From Octopus sinensis (lineage: Eukaryota), in the NCBI RefSeq assembly GCF_006345805.1, contig NC_043008.1, forward strand, positions 34,224,001 to 34,288,000: a DNA stretch of 64,000 nucleotides. Direction: 5' to 3'. The position numbers and the translations under genes are program-made. The notes under the pieces were generated by a model. The model was given only the letters and a program-made list of their open reading frames with translations, searched no databases and was not told the origin of the DNA. Position 1 is the first letter of the stretch; each line of letters opens with the position of its first letter. Shown here piece by piece: positions 39,891 through 53,999 of this stretch.

Positions 39891-42800
39891 AGCAGAATAG
39901 CTCCAAGTCAACCAAGATCTTCTGTGAGAAATTCGTTTGACAGAAATTTGCTAGACACCATCACCTGGTCCTTGGATACTTTTAACAGAGTCCAATCAGC
40001 TGTAAGTGTTCAAGCCAGGTTTACAGTACGAATTATTTCCTTCTTTCCATCCGCAAGTTTTGAAGGCTCTTACAAGTGGCAACAACGTTGCCCTTCCATT
40101 AACTAAATCAATAAATAAAAAACCTGTTGATCGGCGAATGGATTGATTCATTGTAAAAAGCGTCAAATATATTCCACTGTGATTTGCCTATGTAATCACC
40201 ATTTTATGATACTGTTTCCGCTATTCTTTTCATTCTCCTCTTTCTTTCTCCTCCCATCACAATCATCCTTATCATCATCCTCATCACCTGAGACTATCCA
40301 AAGGGTATGACATTTCATTTTTGAAAGTAAAATGTACAATGTGTGTAGCACATCTTACACACTACGGGTGCAGTACATCTTACACACAAAAGGACGTGTA
40401 TAGCAATTCTCGTTCAAAATCTCACATCTTTTGAGTGTACATATATTGGACAACATTGTGAAATAGACATTTTTCTTCTCGTCTTTGTATTAGAATTGAA
40501 TACTTAAAAAGCTTTGATCTAATGTACATAGAGAACATATTCTTTTAATTTTTTTGAATATATAGATTTCCCTTCTCTCAAAATCCTCCGTTATTATACA
40601 TATGATCTTGTGAACTCAAAGAAATTGCAGAACTGATGTTTCTGAAGGTAATTTCCAGTCTTAGGTACTGATTCGGTTATCATTCGCAACACGATTTTCG
40701 TTCATTGTTGAAGTCGAAGAGATCCCAGTTTGGGAGGCCCTTACAAGTGTCAAGGGCTTTACCTTTCCGTTGACTAAATCAATAGAAAAAAAATGTCGAT
40801 CGGGAGATGGATTGATTCATTGTAAATGGCTTCAAATGTATTTCACTGAGATGCAAGAAGAAATGCAGATTAGTTTTGGCATGCAATATGAGCGTGATTT
40901 TTCAGGTAACCTAAATCACTGTAAAACTCAGAAAGGTAGAAGAGACAGATTTTGATAAACGCCAACGAATCGGAATGGAATTTTCCAACTGATGTGCTGT
41001 ATTAAGTCAATTATTGAATCTTGTTTGTGTTTAAGGTTTTAATCGGCAAAAAATGGTAGCATTCAACTACATGGAGTCTATTTTAGGCGGTCTTATCTAT
41101 TTGAATCTGAAAACATCTTATATAGAACAAGTTGCAAACTTGCAAATTTTATATTCAAGGTAGTGAGTTGACAGAGAGAAAGAAAAAAGGAGAGAAATAG
41201 AGAGAGAGAGAGATGGGGGGGAAGAAATAGAGAGAGTTGTGTTGTTAGAACGTTGGACAGAATGCCATGCGGTATTTGTTGTTACCTTTCCGCTCAGTTC
41301 AAATTCCATCAATGTCGACTTTGTTTTTCATCCTTCAGGAGTCGTTAAATAAATCACCAGTGAAACATCAAGGTTGATCTGTTTCTCTCAAACTCACCTA
41401 CATTTCGCTTCGCGAAAAATCGTGGGAATCACTCGCAGTGTTCTTTTCTCCAGAAACGGAGAAGCATTGAGTCAGGGAGACAAAACAACTTTTCATAGAA
41501 CTAATATGTTGTACGAAATCTATATTAACGACTAATATTAACAACGTGGACGTTCCATTTGAACAAACTATATTGCGGTAGTTACTATGAGAGAAACTCT
41601 CACATTGGATTTTAGGTGCAAATGCACTCTTGTTTATATGGCTAGCGAGGAGATAAATCCCCGCCACCTCCAGCGTCGAGACCACCAGCTCACGTGATTT
41701 CGACCTTGTTGTTCAAGGCGGACAAATATACCACAGAGCACGGACTGAAGAGGTAATACCCAACTACAGGGTAGGCCTATGACCCGTCAGTCCAGAAGTT
41801 CCCTACTGCTTGCTCTTTTGGCAGGTCTACCATCCATCGCCGGCTTGCTAGGACTGTTGCAACTTCATCATATTACTCAGTTTTGCTAACTGGAGGAGTT
41901 ATGGTCAAGAACACGACGCATTGCCCAGTCCAGGAATCAAAACCACAATCCTGCAATCATGAGGCCCAGCACCCTTAAACACTAAGCCACAAACTTCCAC
42001 CATCGGGCGCGGAATTTGAATAAAAAGTTTTATTGGAATTGTATTTTAATATTGTTTAAAGTCTTAAAATTTTCTTTTATCATAGAATTGTTCATTCAAG
42101 AGGTACACTTACTTAATCTGATGTAATTTATGTCTGTTTACATCAATATAAAGATGTGTATACGTATAAGGATCTTTTCTGTTGGACTGATTGCTAACAT
42201 TTATAGAACATACAATACCAACTTTAGATATATCGAAGAACAAAGGCTACACTTATTAACTTTTCCTCGGTAAGTTTCCTAAGTGTAGTATTACAAACTG
42301 GGAAGGTGTACATTCTATAACGTAAAAATAAACCAAGAGCATAAGTAAATAAATATTAAGAACAGATTTCATCAGCTGATTAAAACAATAGGTTTTCTAT
42401 ATATCGCTCTTTTGTTTGTCTTTATTTCCTGTAAATTTTGTCATTGTTAATTACAATTTATAAACCATTGTTTCTTTATCATAATAATGTATATTATATT
42501 CCCGTAGGTAGACGTGTGCATGAGAGAGCGGAGGTGAGGTTAACAAAAGTGTCTTTGTGTCTGACTATGTCAATGAATGAATTATGAACAGATATGATTG
42601 TATGGGTAACAAAATCTGTCTTGCAACACTATGATTCTGAGTTCAGTCTTAGTGTGCGGCAGTACTAGCGGCAAGAATCTACAACTTTAGCCTCGAGTTA
42701 GGCCAATACATTGTGAGTGGAATTTGATAGATGGAAACTACCCGGAAGACCGTTGCACGTGCGGTATGTTGTCGAATTAGCAGCGTCGTTAATTGGGTAG

Positions 42801-45800
42801 ATAGATGCTTTGCGATATTTTCTCCGGCATCTGGGTCGTAAGTTCAAAACCCACATAAGTTAACTTTGCATTTTATCCTTTTGAGATCCATAAAAAGTAA
42901 CGCATCGGCCTGTAGCAGAGGATTGGCAGAATGTTATACGTCGAGCGAGATCTCTTGGAGCTCTGTACGTTCTGAGCATATCATTGGAATGGTGATGAAC
43001 TTATGATGTACCCCAAGTATTTCAATTGATACCATATGAACATTAGCGTACCATATGGCAGGAAAAATTCAGATGGACTTTTACCAAACAACATTGAACG
43101 ATATATGTGGTGGAGGGTGGAGAAAGAAAGAGAATGGGACCTATCTGCTGGCAACAACGATCCAAGGAGAGGTGGGTGTATTGGAATGCCATAGCTGACG
43201 ATGGGCAAGCACACACTGAAGCTTAACAACTGCAGATATTTCTGGGCAGAGACGGTAGCGAAGACAACGGACAGTGAACAGACATCTCCATGAAATTATG
43301 TAGAACTGCTGAGCAAGTTGATTATGGCTTATGTCATCAACGATTAATTTATTGGAAATTAGCTCGTGCGATAAATTGCGAGAGTTTCTCTTTAACTTCA
43401 TTCTGTGACAAAGATCAAAAGCTCGAAACGTTAAATAAACTATTTACTCATCACGGCAATTAAACTTTTGATCTCATATTATAATACACATAGGATAGAT
43501 CCAGCTGGCAGCCAAACCACATCAGCAGCAAAAATCAGGTAGTTTCCCCCTAACTGACTGCTACAACGAAAGAAGTAATCAAATAGTTTCTTTTCCTTTT
43601 TACTCACCAACGAAAACTCCTCTTAACTTCCCGGAGTATCACTTGAAACAGAAGCTCAGTGCAGTCTTGCCAGGTTAATTTCATAAAAAGTAGCAGAAAG
43701 TATTTGAAAAGTAGCGTACTATGTTAGAAAGCAGCTACAAAACGAAAATTTTGCTCGTAAATTAACACTCACGTATGGCTGTGTGGTTAAGAAGTTTGAT
43801 TTGTAACCACGTGGTAGACGTCGGCCGAATTTGAACTCAGAGTGCAAAACTGGAAGAAATGCCGCTAAGCATTTTGTCCAGTACGCTAACGATGCTACCT
43901 GCTCGTATTTATATATACTGACCTTATTTCACAAACATAAAACTAATGAATGTAGAAATACAATTATGTATATTATAGTTGCTGAATATTTTTACTTTGT
44001 AATATGAGAGATATGAGTGTGCATTTACGCAACTCGTTTATTGATAAAACTGAATGCCAGGGATGAACTAAGGATCAATGCCCTAAATCAAATTATCATA
44101 ATATAATATATTCTTGTCGTTTACTGATATTGTTTGTTGTGACATAAACAAACATAATTGCTTCATGAACTTTTGGTACAACACAAAGATCTCATAAAAC
44201 AATTTATGATTGTCAGGTTGTAGGTTGCTCTCTATTATATATTGCATTTTATTATGAGGACGCTATGAAAATTACCATATACTTTTTTTCTGATAAGGAG
44301 AAACCAAAAATAAAAATAGTGACGAAAAGAGGGTATTTAGGCAAGATAGAAAGCTCGAGAAATTTAAAAACTGAGAAAAAGAGTCGTTTGTATATTAGAA
44401 ACAAGTAACCTACTTTTCATTCGGCAAGCGTACATCGGTTGGGCTAGAGATAGAACTTTCTGAAGGCTTGCTAGCTGCCTTCAGCTCTGGAAAATGAAAC
44501 GGTTTTCAGTCTGAGGTAGGATTCTCTAAAAACTTGCAGCTGCCTACTTTCCGCCTAGAGTATAGTGATTTACCCTGGCTACTGTGGCTACATAAGTGGT
44601 AGAATAGGAGCCCGTAGAAGACGCTATCATTTTATTTCACCCAATGAATAAAATTTACGAAGTAAAGCTGTTTGATCATTGAACAACAAGTGCAGAAAGT
44701 TTTGTGAAATATCCGTAACACATGATTTCATACATTTCTTTTTTCAAGTTAGGCTTTTGCCAATCAGGTTTTTAAGATAATTTGGATAGTATTTTGAATT
44801 GAGGCTGAATGTCATTTCAGAGTAATTTGGAACAAGAAACAAGTTAAAAGAGGGTGTTATATAAATAGCGACTTGATGCTTTCCCACCAAGAGCAAAGAC
44901 TATGCTTTGTTTTGCTTGCTGGCTCTTTACAGATCGGTAAGATGACTGAAGTCTTCCAAAAGCTAGTTACGAAACCTGTGTTACAGGTACACTGAAAACT
45001 GATTGTAATTTTGGCATAAAGTTTGCAATTTTGAGAGAAAGGGGTTATGTCAGTGACATCGACCCCAGCACTTGATTGGTACTGTTTCTAGCGATCCAAG
45101 ATGGGTGAAAGGCAAGGCTGACCTCTGTGGGGTTTCAACTCAGAATGTAAAGAATCAGAAGAAATTCTGCAAAGCATTTTGTGGGACGCTCTAACGATTC
45201 TCTCAGAAAGTAAAACTCACGAAAAGACGGAGAAAAATCAATTCTGTTTCGAAATTTCGTTTGTTCAACGAATTGGTTTGGTTGCCTTATAGCAACATAT
45301 CTTAGTCCAGACATACAAAATGATCAAAGACAATAGATTAAATCAAGGCAGTTAAGTTCTTTGCAATAATTGTCGACTCTCCTATTAATATCAGTAGAAT
45401 TTTCTTTATCCTTGTCACATGTAAAAAATAAACTGTGATATAGGGGAACAATTTATACAATTGAGCGACTTATCTAGAGCAAGGATTGGAATTTTTTCAA
45501 TATTCTTTCTCTAACAATCAAAGCTTAAGGCTATTAATAACTATGTGTTACTGTCGGTCTTACTATAGAGTAAGCACCATGTCGTGTGAAATATTTAGAC
45601 TTCAAACAAAGAGTGGAGAAATGACTCCAAGTGCATTCTTTTTACACCGTTGATATTCACAAGTTAAATTTGGTTTTAATGTATGCAGTAAGCTTCATTA
45701 TTAAAACGAGGTTACTTTTTAGAACACTAGAAATGTCTACATCATTTTTTGATTTCTCTGGTAATTTATCTCGTCTTTCAGCATTAAAAGAACAACACAA

Positions 45801-46380
45801 TCATATCAGATCTTTTGTACTGACTCTAACTAAATTTTGTGTTGCTAGATTGGGTTCAGAAAGCCAGCAATGTGAGCTGCTTTTGTCATGTTTAACAACT
45901 GAAGTAGTTACTCTGCATGGTAAGATGGAAAAAAATCTGTATTGCTAAACAGCTTGCTTGGGCAAAGGGAATCCCGGAAGCACTTAATATTTACGAATTC
46001 CTAGTTATTCTAAAGTGCTATACAAGACACCCAATTTATACGTATACAAGACACCCAATTTATACGTATACTTACACAAAAGGAGCATAAACGTGCTAAC
46101 GGCTTCTCACTTGATTCAACTTTTCGAAAATTATATAAAAAAACATGCAACATAAATAAGAACAGAAAGAGAATGAAACCAATGAATTGGTTTAAAAAGT
46201 AGTATTAAAGCAAAATTCAAGTAGCTCAGAGAAGGTAAATTCAAAGATTCCAATGATACTGCAAAGGATGACGGGCTGTTTCATGCCTGACAGAAGTTCA
46301 TGGTGGAATCCTACTTCATGTCCTTAGGTTTTGTTATAACTGGCACAAAGTAGAGATATAAAAGACTCAGGGCAGAACTT

Positions 46381-46423
<43 letters not shown>

Positions 46424-47562
46424 AAGTCAATACTTTTAAGTGAAAGTTAGGACAGTTTATTGATAATGAGATTGAGAATGCAGAGTAAAGTCAAAATTGT
46501 TGATCCCGCCTTGACGTTGATGAATTTCCCTGACCACGTACTATCCTTACATTGGGAATAGTAACGAACATTCTTCATTTATTAATCTCTAATTGTTTAG
46601 ATTGAACCTTATTATTTCAAGTCAGGTGTCTATAAGGTAACAACTAAGTTATTTATTATGTTCACAAAATATCTTGTGCTTGTAGTTGTACTATAGTTAT
46701 CTCGGGTTATAATAGGTTGTGTACTAGTAAACATTTCTCCTGGGGCACATTACACCCTCATAGCCTAATAAACAAAATGGTCGCGAATAGCTAACAAGCA
46801 ATGATCGGCAAAAAAGAACCGATTGATTGTTTAATCAGCACATTAAACAAAACAATCAATTAGTTAGTTGGTTAGATATCTAACCAATTGACTATCAATA
46901 AAGAAGTTATATTGAACCAGTGCGTGTGTTATTATTATTAGCGTAATGGTCCTCCCAAAATACAACAAAATAAAAAATATGAACTTTTTAAAAATATAGG
47001 TTTCAAATTTAGTGCATTTGATCCAACACATTTTGTCAACATAGATAATGGTGAACAAATTAGAATTTTTGGCAGACACATAATCAGACGTCGCCCGAGG
47101 TAAACTTGAATTCGGACAGGGAGAGTCTTTTATTCAAAGACACGTACAAAGAGATAGTGAGTTTTAGCAGTATGATAAATTGAGGTGTCGAATAACTGAC
47201 CCTCAACAATGTACTTAAATTCATAACTACCGATGTCATGTGTTCCATTTATTCTAACCTTTCTACGTTGTACTATGGTTTTCTAAACCTTAGATATAAC
47301 TGTCGTTGTTGTAGAACGATCCTTTGATAACGGCACTCTTTTACTCTTTTACATGTTTCAGTCATTTGACTGCGACCATGCTGGAGCACCGCCTTTAGTC
47401 GAGCAAATCGACCCCCAGGACTTATTCTTTGGAAGCCTAGTACTTATTCTATCGGTCTCTTTTGCCGAACCGCTAAGTTACGGGGACGTAAACACACCAC
47501 CATCGGTTGTCAAGCGATATTGGTAGGGGGACAAACACAGACACACAAACATACACACACAT

Positions 47563-47599
<37 letters not shown>

Positions 47600-48944
47600 C
47601 GTATATATGACGGGCTTCTTTCAGTTTCCGTCTACCGAATCCACTCACAAGGCTTTGGTCAGTCCGAGGCTATAGTAGAAGGCACTTGCCCAAGGTGCCA
47701 CGCAGTGGGAATGAAACCAGAACCATGTGGTTGGGAAGCAAGCTACTTACCACACAGCCGCTCCTGCGCCTAAGTAGTATATAAAATCGAACCTTCGAAT
47801 CTTCGTTCTATAATGAGTGACAATAGACTGTGTGGGTTAGCTATGCTCTCTACTGAAAGACTATTGATCACCGAGGAAGATTATAAAAAAATTAATATAT
47901 TTGTTAAGACTGAATTCGAGACGAAAAAAGTTGTATTGCTGTATACGGTTTTAGAAGTGCTTCGTTTTTTATATATTCAAAATGTGAAATTAAATAACAC
48001 TCATGTTTCTCTCTCTCTCCCCTCTCCCCCTCTTTCTCTCTCCCTCTCCCCTCTCCCCTCTCCCCCTCTTTCTCTCTCTCTCTCATGGTTTGATATTGAA
48101 TACAATTATTAGTTTATGTGTTGCTAAATAGTTACAATAGCTATTTCATATCGTAATTCTTTCAGTTTCAACACAAGCTTCAAGCGTTTTCTTTGGATTT
48201 CCCATTCCCATTAGTTGTAATTGATTTTCTTGATTCGTCCCGATCGGCTCTGGTCAAGCAAATCTTATGATCAAAGGCAATTATTCTAGCTTTGACTATC
48301 CCTTCTGATTAATGTCCTGTGAGACTACGTTCGACAAAACGCAGTTTTATTTTTTAAAACGATAGCAGAAAAGAAATTGTGAAATATTTGGCTATTGTTC
48401 CTAACAAGTCGGGCAATTAGGTAATGGTCCGTTCTCGTATTTGTTGCTTAACCATGTTGTCAGCCCTAATCAAGCCGATATGTGATCAAAGGCATTCTAA
48501 CTATGACTTTCATGTCATTTTTATCCAGAGTCATATTATTCAACATTACGATATAATTTGAGAGAATTTCGCTCTTTTCTAATAGTCGAGCAACCACTTA
48601 TAGGCTCCTCCTTCACTGGTTCATTGTTGTTGTTTAACTCCAGGTCAGTTGTAATAGACGACATCACCAACGGGACAACAACAGGTTGTAAGCTTCCGTA
48701 GCGTGCCGACGGGCGCTGGCAGAGACGGTCGCGAAAAGGCGAAGGCGAAAGATGTGATGACGAGTTCGACGGGTCGGAAACGAGGTGGAGTCGAAGGCAC
48801 AGTCTCGACAGCAGCTAATCCATTGCAGGGTTACCCGTTTACAGCTGAGTTGACTGGAGCAACGTGAAATGAAAAGTTTTGCTCAACAACACCCTAGCCA
48901 CGAGGCCACACGCCTTCATATATTCATACACACACATACACACG

Positions 48945-48995
<51 letters not shown>

Positions 48996-49015
48996 GGAGA
49001 GAGAGAGAGAGATAG

Positions 49016-49053
<38 letters not shown>

Positions 49054-49261
49054 CGGTGATTTGATGACTTTGCTTTCTTTAGTTGCCTTAATTTGTTAAT
49101 AGACAGCTGTATTATATAACGCTGAGCATACATATTGATGCAAACATGTACGAATAATTTTTCCTACTGAAATTGATACTACACTAAGAAGGTTATGAAA
49201 CAGCTGTAATCATATGGAAATATATGTGTGTGTATGTAGCATATATATATGTATATATATA

Positions 49262-50400
49262 TTACTCAAAAGTAACCGGAAACGTTCCCTGTGGGATAAG
49301 CCCGTGGTAGTTCAGGAATTCGCCGTTAGAAGCCACTAGATGAGACCCTCAGGTATCAGCCTGCCGACTGACGTCGTCGAGTGAAGTCATTCTGCTACGT
49401 AGTGCGGCTTTTCTTTTCCTGTTTGTTGATTTTTGTTATAGCTAAAACGAAGAAACAACGTAATTCCGTGAAATTCTGTTTTCTGCTGGGGAAAAAGGCG
49501 GCCGAAACCGTTTTCATGCTTCAAATAGCTTACAAGAACGCTGCCATGAGCAAAACACAAGTGTACGTGTGGTTTTCGCGCTTTAAGAATGGTCACTTGT
49601 CGCTTGGAGACCAATCTCGTTCAGGGCGACTGTCGACGTCCCGAAGGAAAACATCATGAAAATTCAAGAACTGATCTTGGAGAATCGTCACCGAACAATC
49701 GACGAATTTGTTGATATGATTGCTGTGTACTAGACCTCCTTCCCAACGAATTTTGGGCGAGGAATTGCGAAGGAAAAGAGTTACAGCAAAATTTGTGCCT
49801 CATTTGCTCACGGAAGATCAAAAGCAGTCACGACTGAATGCGTGTTGCGAACTGAAATAACAGTTGGAAGTTGATCCGGACCTTTTTTCGAAGGCCATCA
49901 CTGGTGCTACGGCTACAACCCAGAAACGAAGCAGCAATCAAGTCAATGGAAATATTCAATGTCACCACGCCCACAAAAAGTGCGTCAAGTGAAGTCCAAT
50001 ATCAAGACGATGCTGATTTGTTTCACCGATGCGAAAAGAATTCTCGTCACAGAATTTGTTCCTCCTGGTCAAACAGTTAGCCAGACATTTTACCTGGCAG
50101 TTCTGAAGCATTTGCGAGATGCGGTGTGACGAAAACGCTCTGACCTGTGGCAAAGTGGAAAGTAGTGATTTCATCACGACAATGCGCTTTGAGTGAAAGA
50201 CACTTCTTGACCAAAATTGGCATAACCCTGCTTACCCACCCTCTCTATTCACCTGATCTTGCTCCCTGTGGGTTTTTTTGTTCCCTCGAATGAAGTCCTT
50301 AAAGGAAAACATTTTGGCAGATGAGGAAGGGGTGAAGAAAACAACGAAAGAGGCGTTAAATGGCATCACTTCGCAAGAGTTCCAGGATTCCTTCGAAACG
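49262..50400 (+). mobile_element. Decayed mariner (DD34D-type) element
   Basis: QRNSVKFCFLLGKKAAET..VWFSRFKNG..RSGR HTH, HHDNA and YSPDLAPC motifs. Many stops and frameshifts. The 3' end is lost in a (GT)n tract. Confidence 0.85.
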
Positions 50401-50750
50401 TGTGTGTGTATGTGTGTGTGTGTGTGTGTGGTGTGTGTGTGTGTGTGTGTATGTGTGTGTGCGGGCGGGCGGGCGGGCGGGCGTGCGGGCGTGCGTGCGT
50501 GTATCTTTTGCCTTATATCTATTACTTGTTTGTCGTTAGACTGCGTCCATGCTGAGGCACTACCTTGAATTTTTTTTCTAGTCGAATGGATCGACCCCAG
50601 TACTTTTATTTATTAGTATTATTTTATTTTATTAGCCTGGTACTTATACTATCGGTCTCTTTTTCCGAAACGCGAAAACACACCAGGACGTAAACACACC
50701 AACACCGGTTGTCAAGCGGTCATGGGGGGGGGGGACAAACATAGACACAC

Positions 50751-50781
<31 letters not shown>

Positions 50782-51426
50782 GCCATCGTTTTTTGGCCTA
50801 GTGGATCTCGAAGTAGATTATATATGGCAGCGATGGTGATAGTGGTATTTTCAGTAGTAGTAGCATATCAAATACGATGTCCCATCCTGCTATCTTCAAT
50901 AAGCCCCCTTGTGATATAAGGGTCACCAGTAGAGAATGGTTATTTTTAAACTTGTTCTTTCCTGAAAAGTTTTCTGACGCTCATCTGTGGTTACCGTCAG
51001 TTATTTTATACTATAAATGTAATTACCAATAGTCTCTTCTCTTCCATTAACTTCAGACTTGCATAGTTTTATCGTAATACAAGTATGCCATAATGGTGTT
51101 TATTTTCTTTTGGCATTAATATCCGTAATGCTAAAAAGTGATAGAAATGAAAAATAACTATCACAATATCAAACAAATATACAAATAAAATGAAAATAAA
51201 ACAAAGAAATACAATACGATTCTTTCTCTTTTTTTTTTACGTGACATTTTGGCGACGGCGTTATCGATACCTGTTGCGATGTTACTGACGGCATTTTGAT
51301 ATTAGAACAACCTTCCACAAATCACTATCAGATATAAAGAAATGTCAAGTAAACGTAAACAACGTGCAAATTTATATCTTCAGACTCGTGTCACCTAATT
51401 AGAGGTAAGCTTTATCTATCTATCTA

Positions 51427-51518
<92 letters not shown>

Positions 51519-51695
51519 ATATATATATATATAATATATATATATATATTATATATATATATATATATATATCACAATCAAGGAACGGCCATAATAGGCC
51601 ATTCACCCACTAGAAATAACAGCCAAAAAGCTTCAACCGCAAAATAACATTAATTCCGTAAACCAGGAGAAAATTAAAAAAACATTTACCCTGAA

Positions 51696-51802
51696 ATTCC
51701 TTATACGATGCACCGTTTCGTCTACTGTTTAATGGTAAACTAACCTGATTAAATTAAATCAAGCCAATCTACCATAGGCCCTTAGATTCATCAGTAAGGA
51801 AT
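51696..51802 (-). ncRNA. Type I hammerhead ribozyme (copy 1 of the 492-nt unit)
   Basis: Reverse complement of 52439-52545. Predicted cleavage between 51704 and 51703. Confidence 0.75.
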
Positions 51803-52438
51803 AGCCAAATCGGAACAGATATTTTTCACGAGGCATTCCCGTCCATGCCTCGCCAATATCTGACCTAAAATTTTCAAATCGTCGCACTCGCGCCAAATTT
51901 ATCGGCAGCAAATAAATATAAGCCGCCGATTCCATTACGGAACCAACCAGAAAATTCATAATTAATCAATATAGGGAGGCAAAAAAATTTTGTAGAATTC
52001 TTTTGCCCCCAGCGGCCTAGTGGGAAAAAATTAAATAGTCATAAACCATTTTTAAGTTCAATATCACAATCAAGGAACGGCCATAATAGGCCATTCACCC
52101 ACTAGAAATAACAGCCAAAAAGCTTCAACCGCAAAATAACATTAATTCCGTAAACCAGGAGAAAATTAAAAAAACATTTACCCTGAAATTCCTTATACGA
52201 TGCACCGTTTCGTCTACTGTTTAATGGTAAACTAACCTGATTAAATTAAATCAAGCCAATCTACCATTATATTGATTAATTATGAATTTTCTGGTTGGTT
52301 CCGTAATGGAATCGGCGGCTTATATTTATTTGCTGCCGATAAATTTGGCGCGAGTGCGACGATTTGAAAATTTTAGGTCAGATATTGGCGAGGCATGGAC
52401 GGGAATGCCTCGTGAAAAATATCTGTTCCGATTTGGCT

Positions 52439-52545
52439 ATTCCTTACTGATGAATCTAAGGGCCTATGGTAGATTGGCTTGATTTAATTTAATCAGGTTA
52501 GTTTACCATTAAACAGTAGACGAAACGGTGCATCGTATAAGGAAT
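52439..52545 (+). ncRNA. Type I hammerhead ribozyme (copy 2 of the 492-nt unit)
   Basis: Stem I ATTCCTTA/TAAGGAAT (8 bp, perfect). CTGATGA 52447-52453. Stem II TCTA/TAGA plus a long inner hairpin. GAAA 52522-52525. Stem III CG-GTGCAT-CG. GTA cleavage after 52537. A.C replaces the G-C at 10.1-11.1. Confidence 0.75.
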
Positions 52546-52771
52546 TTCAGGGTAAATGTTTTTTTAATTTTCTCCTGGTTTACGGAATTAATGTTATTTT
52601 GCGGTTGAAGCTTTTTGGCTGTTATTTCTAGTGGGTGAATGGCCTATTATGGCCGTTCCTTGATTGTGATATTGAACTTAAAAATGGTTTATGACTATTT
52701 AATTTTTTCCCACTAGGCCGCTGGGGGCAAAAGAATTCTACAAATTTTTTTGCCTCCCTATATTGATTAAT

Positions 52772-52805
<34 letters not shown>

Positions 52806-52827
52806 ATTATATATATATATATATATA

Positions 52828-52871
<44 letters not shown>

Positions 52872-52989
52872 CATATATATATATATATATATAATAATTA
52901 TATATATATATTAATTCTTACCTATATAGGCAGACTATAGACAGTTTATTGGTTTCATTCTCTCTTTTCTTCATAACTGGAGTAGATAG

Positions 52990-53830
52990 TATGCTTTTGG
53001 GGTAGCTATTGCTTAATAGATTGTTACTGACAGCTAGCATTCCTGGACGTATTAATAACACGCACCAAGTATGGATTCAGAACTTCCGTATACCGCAAGA
53101 AGACCTTCACTGGACGATACCTTAACTTCAATTCCCACCATCCATACAGTGTAAAGAGAGAAATTGCTCAGTGTCTAAAACATTGAGCAAAGAATATAAG
53201 CAGCAATCGTGATACCCACCACGAAGAAGTGATCAAGCTCATTAACAATCTATTAAGCAACAACTACCACAAAAACATACTGTATACTCCAATTATGAAG
53301 AAAAGAAGGGATGAAACCAATAAACTGTCTACAGTCTTTCTACCCTATGTGAAAGGCTTCTCCGAAAAGATACAAGAGGTGTGCGGCCATATGACATCAG
53401 GACAGTATTCAAGAGTAATACAACACTTTGCAAATATCTCCTTCGAGTAAAACCACCAATAGAAGAGAATATGACTAAGAACTGCGTGTCCTCCATCCCA
53501 TACAGCTGTGGTAGGTTATACAAAGGCGAAAAATGCCGTCCCCTCAAAATAAGGGTAGAGGGACATCGCAAAGCTGTGACACGAGGAGATATTGATAAAT
53601 CGGGTATAGCTGATCACATATGGAAAAATTGAGACCACCTCTCCTTGTGGGATGAAGTTAAAATAATAGACAGAGAACACCACTGGAAAATACGAAAACT
53701 AAAAGAAGCAGCACATATGCTAGGACACAACAACCTCCTAAGCCGACCAAGTGCAGATGTGAATAGCATATAGGAATTGGTATTAAGGAAGGATAGGAAA
53801 ATATTAGATTTATAAGCCCTAAAATTCACT
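52990..53830 (+). mobile_element. Degenerate Penelope-like retroelement 3' part (RT thumb plus GIY-YIG endonuclease)
   Basis: YRKKTFTGRYLNFNSHHP, VFLPYVKGFSEKI, and NCVSSIPYSCGRLYKGEK.RPLKIRVEGHRK..SGIADH..REHHWKIRKLKEA. Stops and frameshifts. Confidence 0.85.
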
Positions 53831-53958
53831 CCCTAATTGTCCGCGGGCATATGGCATAGGGATTAAGAGCGCAGGCTACTAACCCCGAGTTCGATTCCAG
53901 GCAGTGACCTGAATAATAATAATACTAGTATTAAAAGAAGAGTGCCATTGTCATCTAG

Positions 53959-53999
53959 TGAACGATATTTCGACATCTCGTGTGTCTTCAACAGGTTCA
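53959..53999 (-). ncRNA. Minimal HHR variant (CUGUUGAA core)
   Basis: TGAAC-CTGTTGAA-GACA-CACGAGA-TGTC-GAAA-TA-TC-GTTCA: 5-bp stem I, 4-bp stem II, palindromic ATAT stem III. Confidence 0.55.

Larger units (their letters stand above)
51569..52774. mobile_element. HHR-containing 492-nt repeat unit in a tandem plus inverted (head-to-head) array within (TA)n; retrozyme/PLE pLTR-like
   Basis: Order A(51569-51775) B(51776-51973) C(51974-52060) A(52061-52267), then reverse-complement B, A, C and 16 nt of B (52268-52774). Copies are essentially identical (one homopolymer indel seen). Confidence 0.85.

Noticed and set aside
44933-45931. Plus-strand exon-like segments at about 44933-44986 and 45855-45925
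   Set aside because: The splice signals are plausible, but there is no recognisable peptide, compatible neighbouring exon or promoter.
51759-52482. Identical 66-aa ORFs on opposite strands
   Set aside because: A consequence of the inverted duplication. There is no domain similarity, and the structure is better explained as RNA hairpins.
53840-53910. tRNA-like sequence (also at 21285 and in other SINE heads)
   Set aside because: No complete cloverleaf, and it runs into a SINE body or (AAT)n tail. These are SINE heads, not tRNA genes.
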